35,476 nucleotides of DNA from an uncultured Candidatus Saccharibacteria bacterium (GTDB lineage Bacteria > Patescibacteriota > WWE3 > UBA101185 > UBA10185), in contig CAZLHE010000003.1 of the NCBI GenBank assembly GCA_964559585.1, forward strand, positions 1 to 35,476. The letters are read 5' to 3'. The stretch's first letter is position 1, and every line of letters begins with the position of its first letter. This document shows, in pieces, positions 8,296-16,178 of this stretch. The position numbers and the translations under genes are program-made. Under the pieces are notes generated by a model. It was not told the DNA's origin. It saw nothing but the letters and a program-made list of their open reading frames with translations, and did no database searches.

Positions 8296-8368
8296 ATTGA
8301 TATCTTACACGATTGTCGTAAACTTTTAATTAGAAGCTTTAGTGAATCTTTGCTAATATTAAATAGGT

Positions 8369-9199
8369 ATGTATCTATCAATTGATTTAGGCAGATCTAC
8401 AACAAGGGTAGCCTCAACAACAGATCTTCAAAAGATCCATAAGATAGTTAAATTTCCAACCGACACAAACTTTGAAAAACAGGTAAAACATATAACTACT
8501 GCCATATATGATGTTTCAGATAATGACCACATTCACTCTGTTGCCTTAGGTGTTCCTGGGATATTAGATAAAAATTCAAAGAAGTTTGTTTCAAGTGCAA
8601 ACTACCCTGTTTTAGCAGGACTTTCATTTAATTCACTCCTTCCGGACAGTTTAAGAAACGCAAAATTGATTGTGGAAAATGACGCATTGCTTGGTGGGCT
8701 TGGGGAAGCTTACTTTGGGGCCGGAGTAGAATTTAACACCCTTGCCTATTTAACTTTGAGTACTGGGGTTGGTGGGACAAGAATAGAAAAAAACAAAGAA
8801 GGTAGTTATACATTTATTGAATCGGAGCCCGGACACCATATTATTTGTGAGACTGATAAGGTGGCTGATAAGACAGGGATATTTGGAACGTTTGAATCTT
8901 TTTGCTCAGGTTCATATTTTGAGATGAGATACGGTGAAAAACCTACCAATATTAAAAACGATAAAGTGTGGGAGGGTTACGCCAAACATCTATCAAGCGG
9001 AATTATTAATATCGTTTCTTTATGGAAACCACAGGTTATAGTTCTTGGAGGCGGAGTGTCCAACAACTTCGACTGCTTCTATCCGTATTTGAAAGAATAT
9101 TTATCAAAGCAGACCTTTTTCACAATTCCAGATATTGTAAAGTCTCAACTTGGAGATGAGTCCGGGATCTATGGTGGGTTTGTTTTACTTCGGGAGTAA
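8369..9199 (+). CDS. ROK-family sugar kinase (glucokinase-like), lacking the Cys-rich zinc motif
   Basis: 276 aa. N-terminal IDLGRSTTRV (DxGxT phosphate-1 motif), LGVPG, and ENDALLGGLGEAYFGAG (ROK signature-like). Confidence 0.7.
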   Translation: MYLSIDLGRSTTRVASTTDLQKIHKIVKFPTDTNFEKQVKHITTAIYDVSDNDHIHSVALGVPGILDKNSKKFVSSANYPVLAGLSFNSLLPDSLRNAKLIVENDALLGGLGEAYFGAGVEFNTLAYLTLSTGVGGTRIEKNKEGSYTFIESEPGHHIICETDKVADKTGIFGTFESFCSGSYFEMRYGEKPTNIKNDKVWEGYAKHLSSGIINIVSLWKPQVIVLGGGVSNNFDCFYPYLKEYLSKQTFFTIPDIVKSQLGDESGIYGGFVLLRE

Positions 9200-9202
9200 A
9201 AA

Positions 9203-9634
9203 ATGAAATTTTGCATAATATATAAATATCAAACGACTAAAGATAAATCTCAGCTTGGAAAGGAGCTTGAGCAGCTCTCCTCTCTTATCTCTGACCTTGG
9301 CGACAACGAAACCTTTATATTTGATAGAGATGTAAAAAACTGGAGTGATGTTGACATACCGCGTGAGGAATCTTCTAAAATGATGTTTTCCAGAATAAAG
9401 CAGTCTGATGGAGTTATTGCATATGTTAGCCACAACGAACCTAGCGAAGGCATGGCAATGGAATCCGGATATGCTAAAGCTTTAGGTAAAAAAATAATAT
9501 TGGCTTGCAAGAAAGGAAGTTCCGCTCCAAGGGTTAGAAGTATCTGTGACGCTTATATTGAGTTTGAAGATATGGAGGATTTAAAAATCCAAATGTCAGA
9601 TTACTTAAAAAGTGCCTTTGCCGTATCCCAATAA
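9203..9634 (+). CDS. nucleoside 2-deoxyribosyltransferase-like protein
   Basis: 143 aa. The segment DGVIAYVSHNEPSEGMAMESGYAKALGKKIIL resembles the catalytic-Glu region of the NDT/Rcl-like fold. It starts 4 nt after the ROK stop, so it is probably co-transcribed. Confidence 0.45.
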   Translation: MKFCIIYKYQTTKDKSQLGKELEQLSSLISDLGDNETFIFDRDVKNWSDVDIPREESSKMMFSRIKQSDGVIAYVSHNEPSEGMAMESGYAKALGKKIILACKKGSSAPRVRSICDAYIEFEDMEDLKIQMSDYLKSAFAVSQ

Positions 9635-10680
9635 TAGGAATTTCCATTAAGTTTCTGAAAATACCACCATTCTGCTCCCCACAGATAGAGATTTTTAAAG
9701 CCTGATTTCTGGGCGTAGCTTATCGTAGATATGAAATCAGCACGGGACATGGTTTTATCCGTCTCGTTTTGTGAGAGTTCTGAGTTAATGCCGGGTCCCC
9801 AAGGTTCCCCTTGGAGTTCAGTAATATAAATCTTATTGACCGGAACCCCAACTAGATTAGCCTTGATTTTATATGTCCAGTAGCTAAGTGGGTATTGGAA
9901 ATATATGAATCTGCCGCCAAAAACGTGCCAAAAGTCATACCAGATCTTTCTATACATCGATATTCCAAGATAGTCTCCAAGTTCATAGGTAGGCCTCCAA
10001 AACCCCCCCTCTCCGCTATCCTGAACAAGAATCGGTCTTTTATCCATGCTTCTTACCAACCCTATTTCTTTTATCACCAGTTCCCTTTTGATTTCAGGTT
10101 TGCTGCATGTTCCAAAAGGCCAGAAAGGCTCGTTTTCCACCTGCCACATCTTTATTGATGAGAAGTCTTTAAATTCTTTTATGGTAGCTTTTATGTAGTT
10201 AAGCAAGGCTTGTTCTCTTAAGGCATCGCTTGGTAACTCCTTCCACCAAGGTGGCTCGAAGCATTCCGGATATCTTGGTACTTTTCTTCCGATAGCTAAA
10301 ATCACGTTTAGATTTCTTTTTTGTGTTTCCTGCATCTGCCATTTAAGGTTTGAGAAGTCATAAACATCCGGATTTTTCTCTATCTCATCCCAATAGGCAA
10401 CCAACCTTACGTTTTTTGCCTTCAGATCATCAAGGATATTTAAGTAGGTTTCTCTCCAATTAAGCCCCATTTGTTCGGAGTATCTGTTAGAAAAAGTGAT
10501 TCCGTAATTAATTTCCTTTTGAACTTTAGGTCTTAGAGCAAAAAAAAGAATTACCGGGGAAATTAAAAGAAGAATCGAAAAAACTAGAATTATTTGGATT
10601 ATTTTAAGGGAAAATAACCTACGAAGCAGCCTCCCTGCTTTTTCAAATTGTCTTTTCAGGGCAGATTTGTGGGTAAACAT
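9601..10680 (-). CDS. membrane-anchored clan GH-A (TIM-barrel) glycoside hydrolase, GH5-like
   Basis: 359 aa with an N-terminal TM span (IIQIILVFSILLLISPVILFFAL). Candidate acid/base is WQVENEP and candidate nucleophile is YITELQGEPW. The exact family was not resolved by eye. Confidence 0.65.
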   Translation of the reverse strand: MFTHKSALKRQFEKAGRLLRRLFSLKIIQIILVFSILLLISPVILFFALRPKVQKEINYGITFSNRYSEQMGLNWRETYLNILDDLKAKNVRLVAYWDEIEKNPDVYDFSNLKWQMQETQKRNLNVILAIGRKVPRYPECFEPPWWKELPSDALREQALLNYIKATIKEFKDFSSIKMWQVENEPFWPFGTCSKPEIKRELVIKEIGLVRSMDKRPILVQDSGEGGFWRPTYELGDYLGISMYRKIWYDFWHVFGGRFIYFQYPLSYWTYKIKANLVGVPVNKIYITELQGEPWGPGINSELSQNETDKTMSRADFISTISYAQKSGFKNLYLWGAEWWYFQKLNGNSYYWDTAKALFK

Positions 10681-10681
10681 C

Positions 10682-11863
10682 CTATTCTCCTAATGAATTA
10701 TTATGGCAGATTTCACCATAGTAATAAAAGGACTTTCTTGGTTTTCTGGCTAAAGTTTTTCTGTCTATTGCAACAAGACCAAATTTTGGCCAGTAACCTT
10801 CGTGCCATTCAAAATTATCAATCAACGACCAATAGAAATACCCTTCCAATTGAACTCCCATTTGCATGGATTCGTAACAAGCAATAAGCATAGCCTTAAT
10901 AAATACTTTTCTAAGTTTATCCTCGGTATCTGCAAGACCGTTTTCTGTTATGTAGATTGGTACCTTATACCTTTTCATATGTAAAAGTACTTTCTTTAAA
11001 CCTTCTGGGTTAATCCACCAATTTAGGTTACTTACCATCCCAGCAGGATGCATGGGTCTTAGATTCTTAATTTGGTTGGTGAGGTAGTAATTTAGACCGA
11101 TTACGTCAACATGTTTTAAAATTGGGTGGATAAAAAAGTTAGAATTAAGGTAAAACAGGAACTTTGCTACAAACTTATCTAAAAAGAAAGGCTTTAGATC
11201 AAAAGTTTCATACCAAACAATGTGTTTGACGATGCCTACTGTGTAGTTACCAACTGATTTTATAGCCTTCGCGGCCTGATTATGCGTTTTCATTAAGATT
11301 AGTTGACATACAAGAGACAGTATCGGGCTTCTTTTGTGCGGCGGCCATATACCGAGTAGATAGCCCATCAAGGTTAAAACTTGCGGTTCGTTAATCGTAA
11401 AAAACACATTAGTTGAAGGTCCCAGTTCTTGAGCGCACTTTTTAGCGTATCTGGCAAAGTACCAAGGAGCTTTTAGATTTGTCCAACCGTGTTTTTTGGC
11501 AAACCAGATTGGGTTTGTAAAGTGATGAAGGGTTACATAAGTTTTTAAGCCTTTATCTCGGGCTGCTTTCAGGACTTTCTTATAATGATCTAATTCTTTT
11601 TGATCAAACACTCCCTCCTTAGGTTCTATTCTTGCCCATTCCACGGAAAGTCTTATTCCGTTGTTGTGCATTTGTTTTGCAAGTTCAAAGTCTTCTTCGT
11701 ATCGGTTATAGGAGTCACAGGCAAGTCCTGATGATTCTAGGGGGTATTTTTGGCCGCGTTTTTTGTTGTGTTCCCACAACCACCAGTCGGTGTTATTGTT
11801 GTTACCTTCAGTTTGATAGGCTGACACTGCCGTGCCCCAAATAAAGTCTGCTGGAAATTTCAT
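10682..11863 (-). CDS. GH1 beta-glucosidase (short form, 393 aa)
   Basis: FIWGTAVSAYQTEGN at the N-terminus, acid/base TINEP, nucleophile YITENG, and C-terminal WSLIDNFEW. Confidence 0.9.
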   Translation of the reverse strand: MKFPADFIWGTAVSAYQTEGNNNNTDWWLWEHNKKRGQKYPLESSGLACDSYNRYEEDFELAKQMHNNGIRLSVEWARIEPKEGVFDQKELDHYKKVLKAARDKGLKTYVTLHHFTNPIWFAKKHGWTNLKAPWYFARYAKKCAQELGPSTNVFFTINEPQVLTLMGYLLGIWPPHKRSPILSLVCQLILMKTHNQAAKAIKSVGNYTVGIVKHIVWYETFDLKPFFLDKFVAKFLFYLNSNFFIHPILKHVDVIGLNYYLTNQIKNLRPMHPAGMVSNLNWWINPEGLKKVLLHMKRYKVPIYITENGLADTEDKLRKVFIKAMLIACYESMQMGVQLEGYFYWSLIDNFEWHEGYWPKFGLVAIDRKTLARKPRKSFYYYGEICHNNSLGE

Positions 11864-12714
11864 ATTTTATCTTGACTGCCAAAGATTTTTATTTTGTATT
11901 CAACAACTTTTTGCATTTCTTCAATCGGTTTTTGCATATATTTATAGGCGGCTATTTCCTTTGTGTTTTTGAGTTCCTGTTCGAGAGTCATTTTGAAAGC
12001 AATTCTTAATTCCGAATTTACATTTATTTTCACAACCCCACATTTAATTGCCTCTTTTATATCTTCTTCTATAATTCCTGACCCACCATGCAAAGAAAGA
12101 AAAGTATTTGGATTTTCTTCATGGATTTGTTTCAGAAGATCCAGATTGAGATGTTTGTTTTCCGAATATATCCCGTGAAGGTTTCCAACAAAACTAGCAA
12201 ACACATCTATGCCAGTTTTTTCTATAAATTCTTTAGCTTTTATAGGGTTTGTATAAAGATTTTTGTTTACATTAGGTTTCTCACTCGTATGGTCGGAAGA
12301 ACTTCCTTCGATGTGGTCTATTTCCCCTTCAATAACCACCCCATTTTTGTGTGCATAGTCTGTAAGTTCTTTACCTATTTTTACAGCCTCTTCAAAAGGA
12401 AGTTTTCCTCCGTCAAAATGTACATAATCAAAGCCTGAGTCTATCGCCTCTTTAATCTTTTCTGGGTCAGTCCCATGATCAAGATTCAAAATTATAGGGA
12501 TGTGAAGTTGTTCCTCAAAAGTTCTTGCTAATGAAACCATTTGAGAAACACCAACGTGTTCAATTTCACCCGGAGAACATTCAATAAGTATCGGTGAGTG
12601 AAGGTTTTTTGCGGCGTTTGTAATTGCCTTTAGAGTTTCAATATTTGCACAATTAAAAGCGCCAATTGCAAATTTCTCTTTCCTTGCTTTTTTAAGATAT
12701 TTTAGTGCATTCAT
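11860..12714 (-). CDS. fba: class II fructose-bisphosphate aldolase
   Basis: 284 aa with AIGAFN, LNLDHG, EGEIDHIEG and SLHGGSG motifs. Its stop overlaps the GH1 start by 4 nt. Confidence 0.88.
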   Translation of the reverse strand: MNALKYLKKARKEKFAIGAFNCANIETLKAITNAAKNLHSPILIECSPGEIEHVGVSQMVSLARTFEEQLHIPIILNLDHGTDPEKIKEAIDSGFDYVHFDGGKLPFEEAVKIGKELTDYAHKNGVVIEGEIDHIEGSSSDHTSEKPNVNKNLYTNPIKAKEFIEKTGIDVFASFVGNLHGIYSENKHLNLDLLKQIHEENPNTFLSLHGGSGIIEEDIKEAIKCGVVKINVNSELRIAFKMTLEQELKNTKEIAAYKYMQKPIEEMQKVVEYKIKIFGSQDKI

Positions 12715-12804
12715 TTTAGGCAGCTTTCAAAAACTTCTCTTATATATATTCTATAGATACTGAGTGTGTTTTCAAACGACTTTGATTAGAAGACTCAAAA
12801 CACT

Positions 12805-12810
12805 TATAAT
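12805..12810 (+). promoter_or_regulatory. consensus -10 TATAAT, 8 nt upstream of the ATG at 12819
   Basis: TATAAT at 12805-12810, no SD before the ATG. Confidence 0.4.
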
Positions 12811-12818
12811 TTGACGAT

Positions 12819-13412
12819 ATGTATTTCACCCACAGTTTAGTCGGAGCAGTAGCTCAAAGATTTGTAATCGATAAAGTTGATAAAAAATTCACCGAAAAAG
12901 AAAAAAGGGTTTTATGGATAGTTGGGATTACAGCATCGGTGCTTCCCGATTTTGATCTTGTCTACTCAGCGCTAAACCAAATGACTAATCATCGAGATTT
13001 TATCACTCACGGCATTTTTATCTATCTAGTGATAAGTCTTTTGTTATATTTTTTAAGTCTTACCAAAGATAAGAAGGAGTTTGGAAGGGAGTTTTTCAAA
13101 ACACTGGCACTGTGTTTTTCCATTGGAATAATGACGCATTTCTTGATGGATTTTATAGTTGGAGGAATTGTTTTTCTTGCCCCCTTTAGTTACAAAGTTT
13201 ATGGTCCGGAGATGTCGTTTGAAAGATACAACGGGAATTGGCTTTTAAGGTACTTGAAGTCTAAATATATGTTTTTAGAATTGTTTAACTTAAGCTATTT
13301 CTTAATCGTTTTAAAAAATAATAAATATTTCTTCGGAAAGATTATAGCTTTTGGATACTTATTAATGGCAATCTTTGCTTTCGTTTTTATAAATATGATA
13401 TTCTTCACGTAA
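12819..13412 (+). CDS. membrane-bound metal-dependent hydrolase-like protein (YdjM/DUF457-like)
   Basis: 197 aa. N-terminal THSLVG, PDFDLVY, HRDFITHG and THFLMDF histidine-containing motifs between hydrophobic spans. Confidence 0.5.
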   Translation: MYFTHSLVGAVAQRFVIDKVDKKFTEKEKRVLWIVGITASVLPDFDLVYSALNQMTNHRDFITHGIFIYLVISLLLYFLSLTKDKKEFGREFFKTLALCFSIGIMTHFLMDFIVGGIVFLAPFSYKVYGPEMSFERYNGNWLLRYLKSKYMFLELFNLSYFLIVLKNNKYFFGKIIAFGYLLMAIFAFVFINMIFFT

Positions 13413-13414
13413 TA

Positions 13415-13442
13415 TTGACGAAATTGATTTTAACTATATAAT
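13415..13442 (+). promoter_or_regulatory. near-consensus sigma70-type promoter TTGACG-N16-TATAAT
   Basis: TTGACG at 13415-13420 and TATAAT at 13437-13442, located just after the stop of the upstream gene. Confidence 0.45.
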
Positions 13443-13508
13443 TTTTCTTATATGGACCGCAGATTAGTTGTAAAAATCTACAGAGGTTGGCATAACGCTT
13501 AAGTTGAA

Positions 13509-13576
13509 GCGGGCTAACTTTGGTGATGTCAAAAAACTAATCGAATACAAATTAACCCGCGAAAGCGGGATTTTTT
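13509..13576 (+). promoter_or_regulatory. candidate attenuator or leader with alternative antiterminator and terminator pairings (could instead be a ~125-nt small RNA)
   Basis: GCGGGCTAA (13509-13517) can pair with TTAACCCGC (13552-13560), 8 of 9 bp. That pairing competes with the terminator stem CCCGC (13556-13560) and GCGGG (13565-13569). Confidence 0.4.
13556..13576 (+). terminator. intrinsic terminator: 5-bp all-G/C stem, GAAA tetraloop, U6 tract
   Basis: CCCGC-GAAA-GCGGG-A-TTTTTT, 18 nt upstream of the M20 peptidase ATG. Confidence 0.5.
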
Positions 13577-13593
13577 GTACAAATTTCTAAATA

Positions 13594-14940
13594 ATGAGAG
13601 ATAAAAAGATGAATAAAAACTTAATTAATAAATTTAAAGAGAATTTAGGGGGTATTATAAAATATAAAAGTATCTCTACCGATAGGGCGTACAAGCAAGA
13701 GATGAAAAAGACAGTCGAAGCGTTAGAAACCCTTTTTAAGAGAAATGGATTTAAAACGCAGGTATTGAAAGGAAAAACAACAAATCCATATGTTTATGCA
13801 AGTCTAAACGTAGATAAAAACAAGAAAACCATACTTATATATGGTCACTACGATGAGATGCCGGTAGGAGATACTAATAAGTGGATAGGAGACCCTTTTA
13901 AACTTACTGAAAAAAATGGAAGACTATATGGCCGCGGGGTTATCGATAATAAAGGACAGTTCTTAGTTCACTTTACCGCAGTTACAGAACTAGCTAAGAA
14001 TAATAATTTAAAATACAACGTTAAGTTCTTACTAGAGGGGAATGAGGAAACAGGAAATACGGAGATTGCAGAAGTGATAAGAGTCAATAGAAAACTTTTA
14101 TCTTGCAACTTTGTTTTGATTTCTGATGGGGAGACGACAGATAATCGTCCAACCATCGAGGCAGGTTTTAGAGGAGGGTCCAATGTCACACTTGGTTTTA
14201 GAACCGCAGGAGGAGATGTTCACTCCGGTCTTTACGGCGGAGCAATACCAAATGCCGCTCACGAACTTAGCATCCTGATATCAAAGTTTTATGATAAAAA
14301 CAATAAAGTTGCGATCCCGGGATTCTACGAGGGTCTGGACAAACCCACTAAATCGGAGCTTTTAAATAACAAAAGTCTTAAATTTAGTTCACTTAAATTG
14401 AAGGAGCTGACAGGAATAAAATCACTTAAATGTGAAAAAGGGATAGATTTTTTTACCCAAACAGGTTTAAGACCGATGCTTACAGTGTCGGGAATGAAAT
14501 CCGGATACACCGACGAAGGCTACAACAATATAGTCCCCTGCTACGCTGAGGCTAAAATAAATTTTAGATTTGCGGCATCCCAAGACCCTAGGAAAATACT
14601 TTCGGACTTTAAAAAGTTTGTAATGAGAAACAAACCAAGCTATGTATCCTGCGAAATAAATGTTTCAAGTTCTTGGCCGGCATTAAAAATGGCTACCAAA
14701 ACAAAACTAGTGGAAAATATTAAAAAGACTCTAGAGGAAGTTTATAAGGAAAAGGTCGCATTTAGATTTGTTGGGGGAAGCATTCCCGTAATAGGTTTTT
14801 TTAAAAGCATACTAAAAACGCAGGTTGTTTCTATCCCACTTGCAAATGAGGACTGTAACATGCACGGTACAAATGAGAATTTTAAGCTTAAATTAGTAGA
14901 GAAAGCTTTAGAATTCTCAACAAGCTTCTTTGCCCGTTAG
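13594..14940 (+). CDS. M20 family metallopeptidase (dipeptidase / ArgE-DapE-ACY1-like)
   Basis: 448 aa with HYDEMPVGD, GRGVIDNKG and LLEGNEETG metal-ligand motifs. An alternative start is the ATG at 13609. Confidence 0.85.
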   Translation: MRDKKMNKNLINKFKENLGGIIKYKSISTDRAYKQEMKKTVEALETLFKRNGFKTQVLKGKTTNPYVYASLNVDKNKKTILIYGHYDEMPVGDTNKWIGDPFKLTEKNGRLYGRGVIDNKGQFLVHFTAVTELAKNNNLKYNVKFLLEGNEETGNTEIAEVIRVNRKLLSCNFVLISDGETTDNRPTIEAGFRGGSNVTLGFRTAGGDVHSGLYGGAIPNAAHELSILISKFYDKNNKVAIPGFYEGLDKPTKSELLNNKSLKFSSLKLKELTGIKSLKCEKGIDFFTQTGLRPMLTVSGMKSGYTDEGYNNIVPCYAEAKINFRFAASQDPRKILSDFKKFVMRNKPSYVSCEINVSSSWPALKMATKTKLVENIKKTLEEVYKEKVAFRFVGGSIPVIGFFKSILKTQVVSIPLANEDCNMHGTNENFKLKLVEKALEFSTSFFAR

Positions 14941-14974
14941 TATGAAGATTGTTATACTGACAAAGTAAGTGTTT

Positions 14975-15048
14975 ACCGGCGTAGCTCAGTGGCAGAGTAG
15001 CGGTCTCCAAAACCGTTGACGAAGGTTCGATTCCTCCCGCCGGTGCCA
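14975..15048 (+). tRNA. tRNA-Trp (anticodon CCA), 3' CCA encoded
   Basis: ACCGGCG-TA-GCTC-AGTGGCA-GAGT-A-GCGGT-CTCCAAA-ACCGT-TGAC-GAAGG-TTCGATT-CCTCC-CGCCGGT-G-CCA. There is one A-C mismatch in the T stem. Confidence 0.88.
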
Positions 15049-15057
15049 AAATCTGTT

Positions 15058-15063
15058 TATAAT
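15058..15063 (+). promoter_or_regulatory. consensus -10 TATAAT, 6 nt upstream of the trpS ATG
   Basis: TATAAT at 15058-15063, ATG at 15070. The box lies in the 21-nt gap after tRNA-Trp. Confidence 0.35.
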
Positions 15064-15069
15064 AAAAGT

Positions 15070-16101
15070 ATGAGTGAAAACATGAAAAGAGTTTTAACAG
15101 GAATAAGGCCTACAGGTCCTTTGCATTTGGGACACTATGTTGGGGCTTTGAAACAATGGGTTTTACTTCAGGATGAATATGAGTGCTTTTTTATGATCGC
15201 TGATGTTCAAGCTCTAACCACACATGCCGGTAACCCCAAGGTAATTGAAGAATCGGTTAGGGACGTTTTACTAGATTTTTTGGCAGTTGGACTGGATCCG
15301 ACAAAACCTAATGTTCATTTTATACTTCAAAGTGCAATTCCGGAGCTTACTGAGCTTACGGTTTATCTTTCAATGGTAACCCCTTTTACATGGATGCAAA
15401 GCAATCCTACAATTCAGCAAGAAAGCAAAGCCTTGGGTAAAGGAATATCCACAGGTTTTATGTGCTACCCTGTAAGCCAGGCAGCTGATATTTTGTTTGT
15501 TTCCCCTGATCCGGCTGAGTCAAGGGAAGAAATATTAGTCCCAGTTGGTGAAGATCAAGTGCCGCATCTAAGAGATACAAACAGCATTGTCTCCGCCTTT
15601 AATCGCATCTACTCACCAACTTTTAATGAATGCAAACCCTTATTGGGAGATTATCCAAGACTTGTTGGTACAGATGGACAATCGAAGATGTCAAAATCAT
15701 TGGATAACTGTATAAACCTAGGCGACGATGAAAAGACAGTTGAGAAAATGATAAAGGGAATGTTTACTGACCCAAACAGAATTCATCCAAACGACCCGGG
15801 GACAGTTGAGGGGAATCCTGTCTTTATATACCACGATATTTTTAATCCCAATAAGAAAGAAGTTGAGGATTTAAAGAAAAGATACAAGGAAGGAACGGTT
15901 GGGGATGTTGAAGTTAAAGAAAAACTTAACGTAGCCATTCAGTCTTTCTTGAAACCAATAAGAGAAAGAAGAAATCATGCTGAGAAGGTGGATATCAAGA
16001 AGTTTTTGGAAGACGGAACAGATTTTGCAAGAGGTCTTGCAGTTAAAACTTTGAGTAGAACTAGAAAAGCCATGCATTTGGATTATCCAAGTTTAAAGTA
16101 A
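15070..16101 (+). CDS. trpS: tryptophan--tRNA ligase
   Basis: Class I signatures PTGPLHLGHY (HIGH) and KMSKS. The start is set at ATG 15070 (MSENMKRVLTGIRPTG...) because the ORF-track start at 15016 lies inside tRNA-Trp. Confidence 0.93.
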   Translation: MSENMKRVLTGIRPTGPLHLGHYVGALKQWVLLQDEYECFFMIADVQALTTHAGNPKVIEESVRDVLLDFLAVGLDPTKPNVHFILQSAIPELTELTVYLSMVTPFTWMQSNPTIQQESKALGKGISTGFMCYPVSQAADILFVSPDPAESREEILVPVGEDQVPHLRDTNSIVSAFNRIYSPTFNECKPLLGDYPRLVGTDGQSKMSKSLDNCINLGDDEKTVEKMIKGMFTDPNRIHPNDPGTVEGNPVFIYHDIFNPNKKEVEDLKKRYKEGTVGDVEVKEKLNVAIQSFLKPIRERRNHAEKVDIKKFLEDGTDFARGLAVKTLSRTRKAMHLDYPSLK

Positions 16102-16107
16102 CTCCAT

Positions 16108-16137
16108 TTGACCCCTCCCTTTTTAACGTGTTATATT
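16108..16137 (+). promoter_or_regulatory. candidate promoter TTGACC-N18-TATATT for the two-tRNA unit
   Basis: TTGACC at 16108-16113 and TATATT at 16132-16137, about 40 nt upstream of the tRNA at 16179. Confidence 0.3.
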
Positions 16138-16178
16138 GTTTTTCTGTTATTGAATTCCGAACGATTGTCGGTTCAAAT

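Noticed and set aside
13452-13502. Leader peptide MDRRLVVKIYRGWHNA in the candidate attenuator
   Set aside because: There is no ribosome-binding site and no run of a single regulatory amino acid. The alternative-helix model does not need translation. It is kept only as a remote possibility.
15016-15069. ORF-track N-terminal extension of trpS (MTKVRFLPPVPKSVYNKS...)
   Set aside because: These codons lie inside and just after tRNA-Trp (14975-15048). The conserved TrpRS N-terminus begins at the ATG at 15070, which has a TATAAT box 6 nt upstream.
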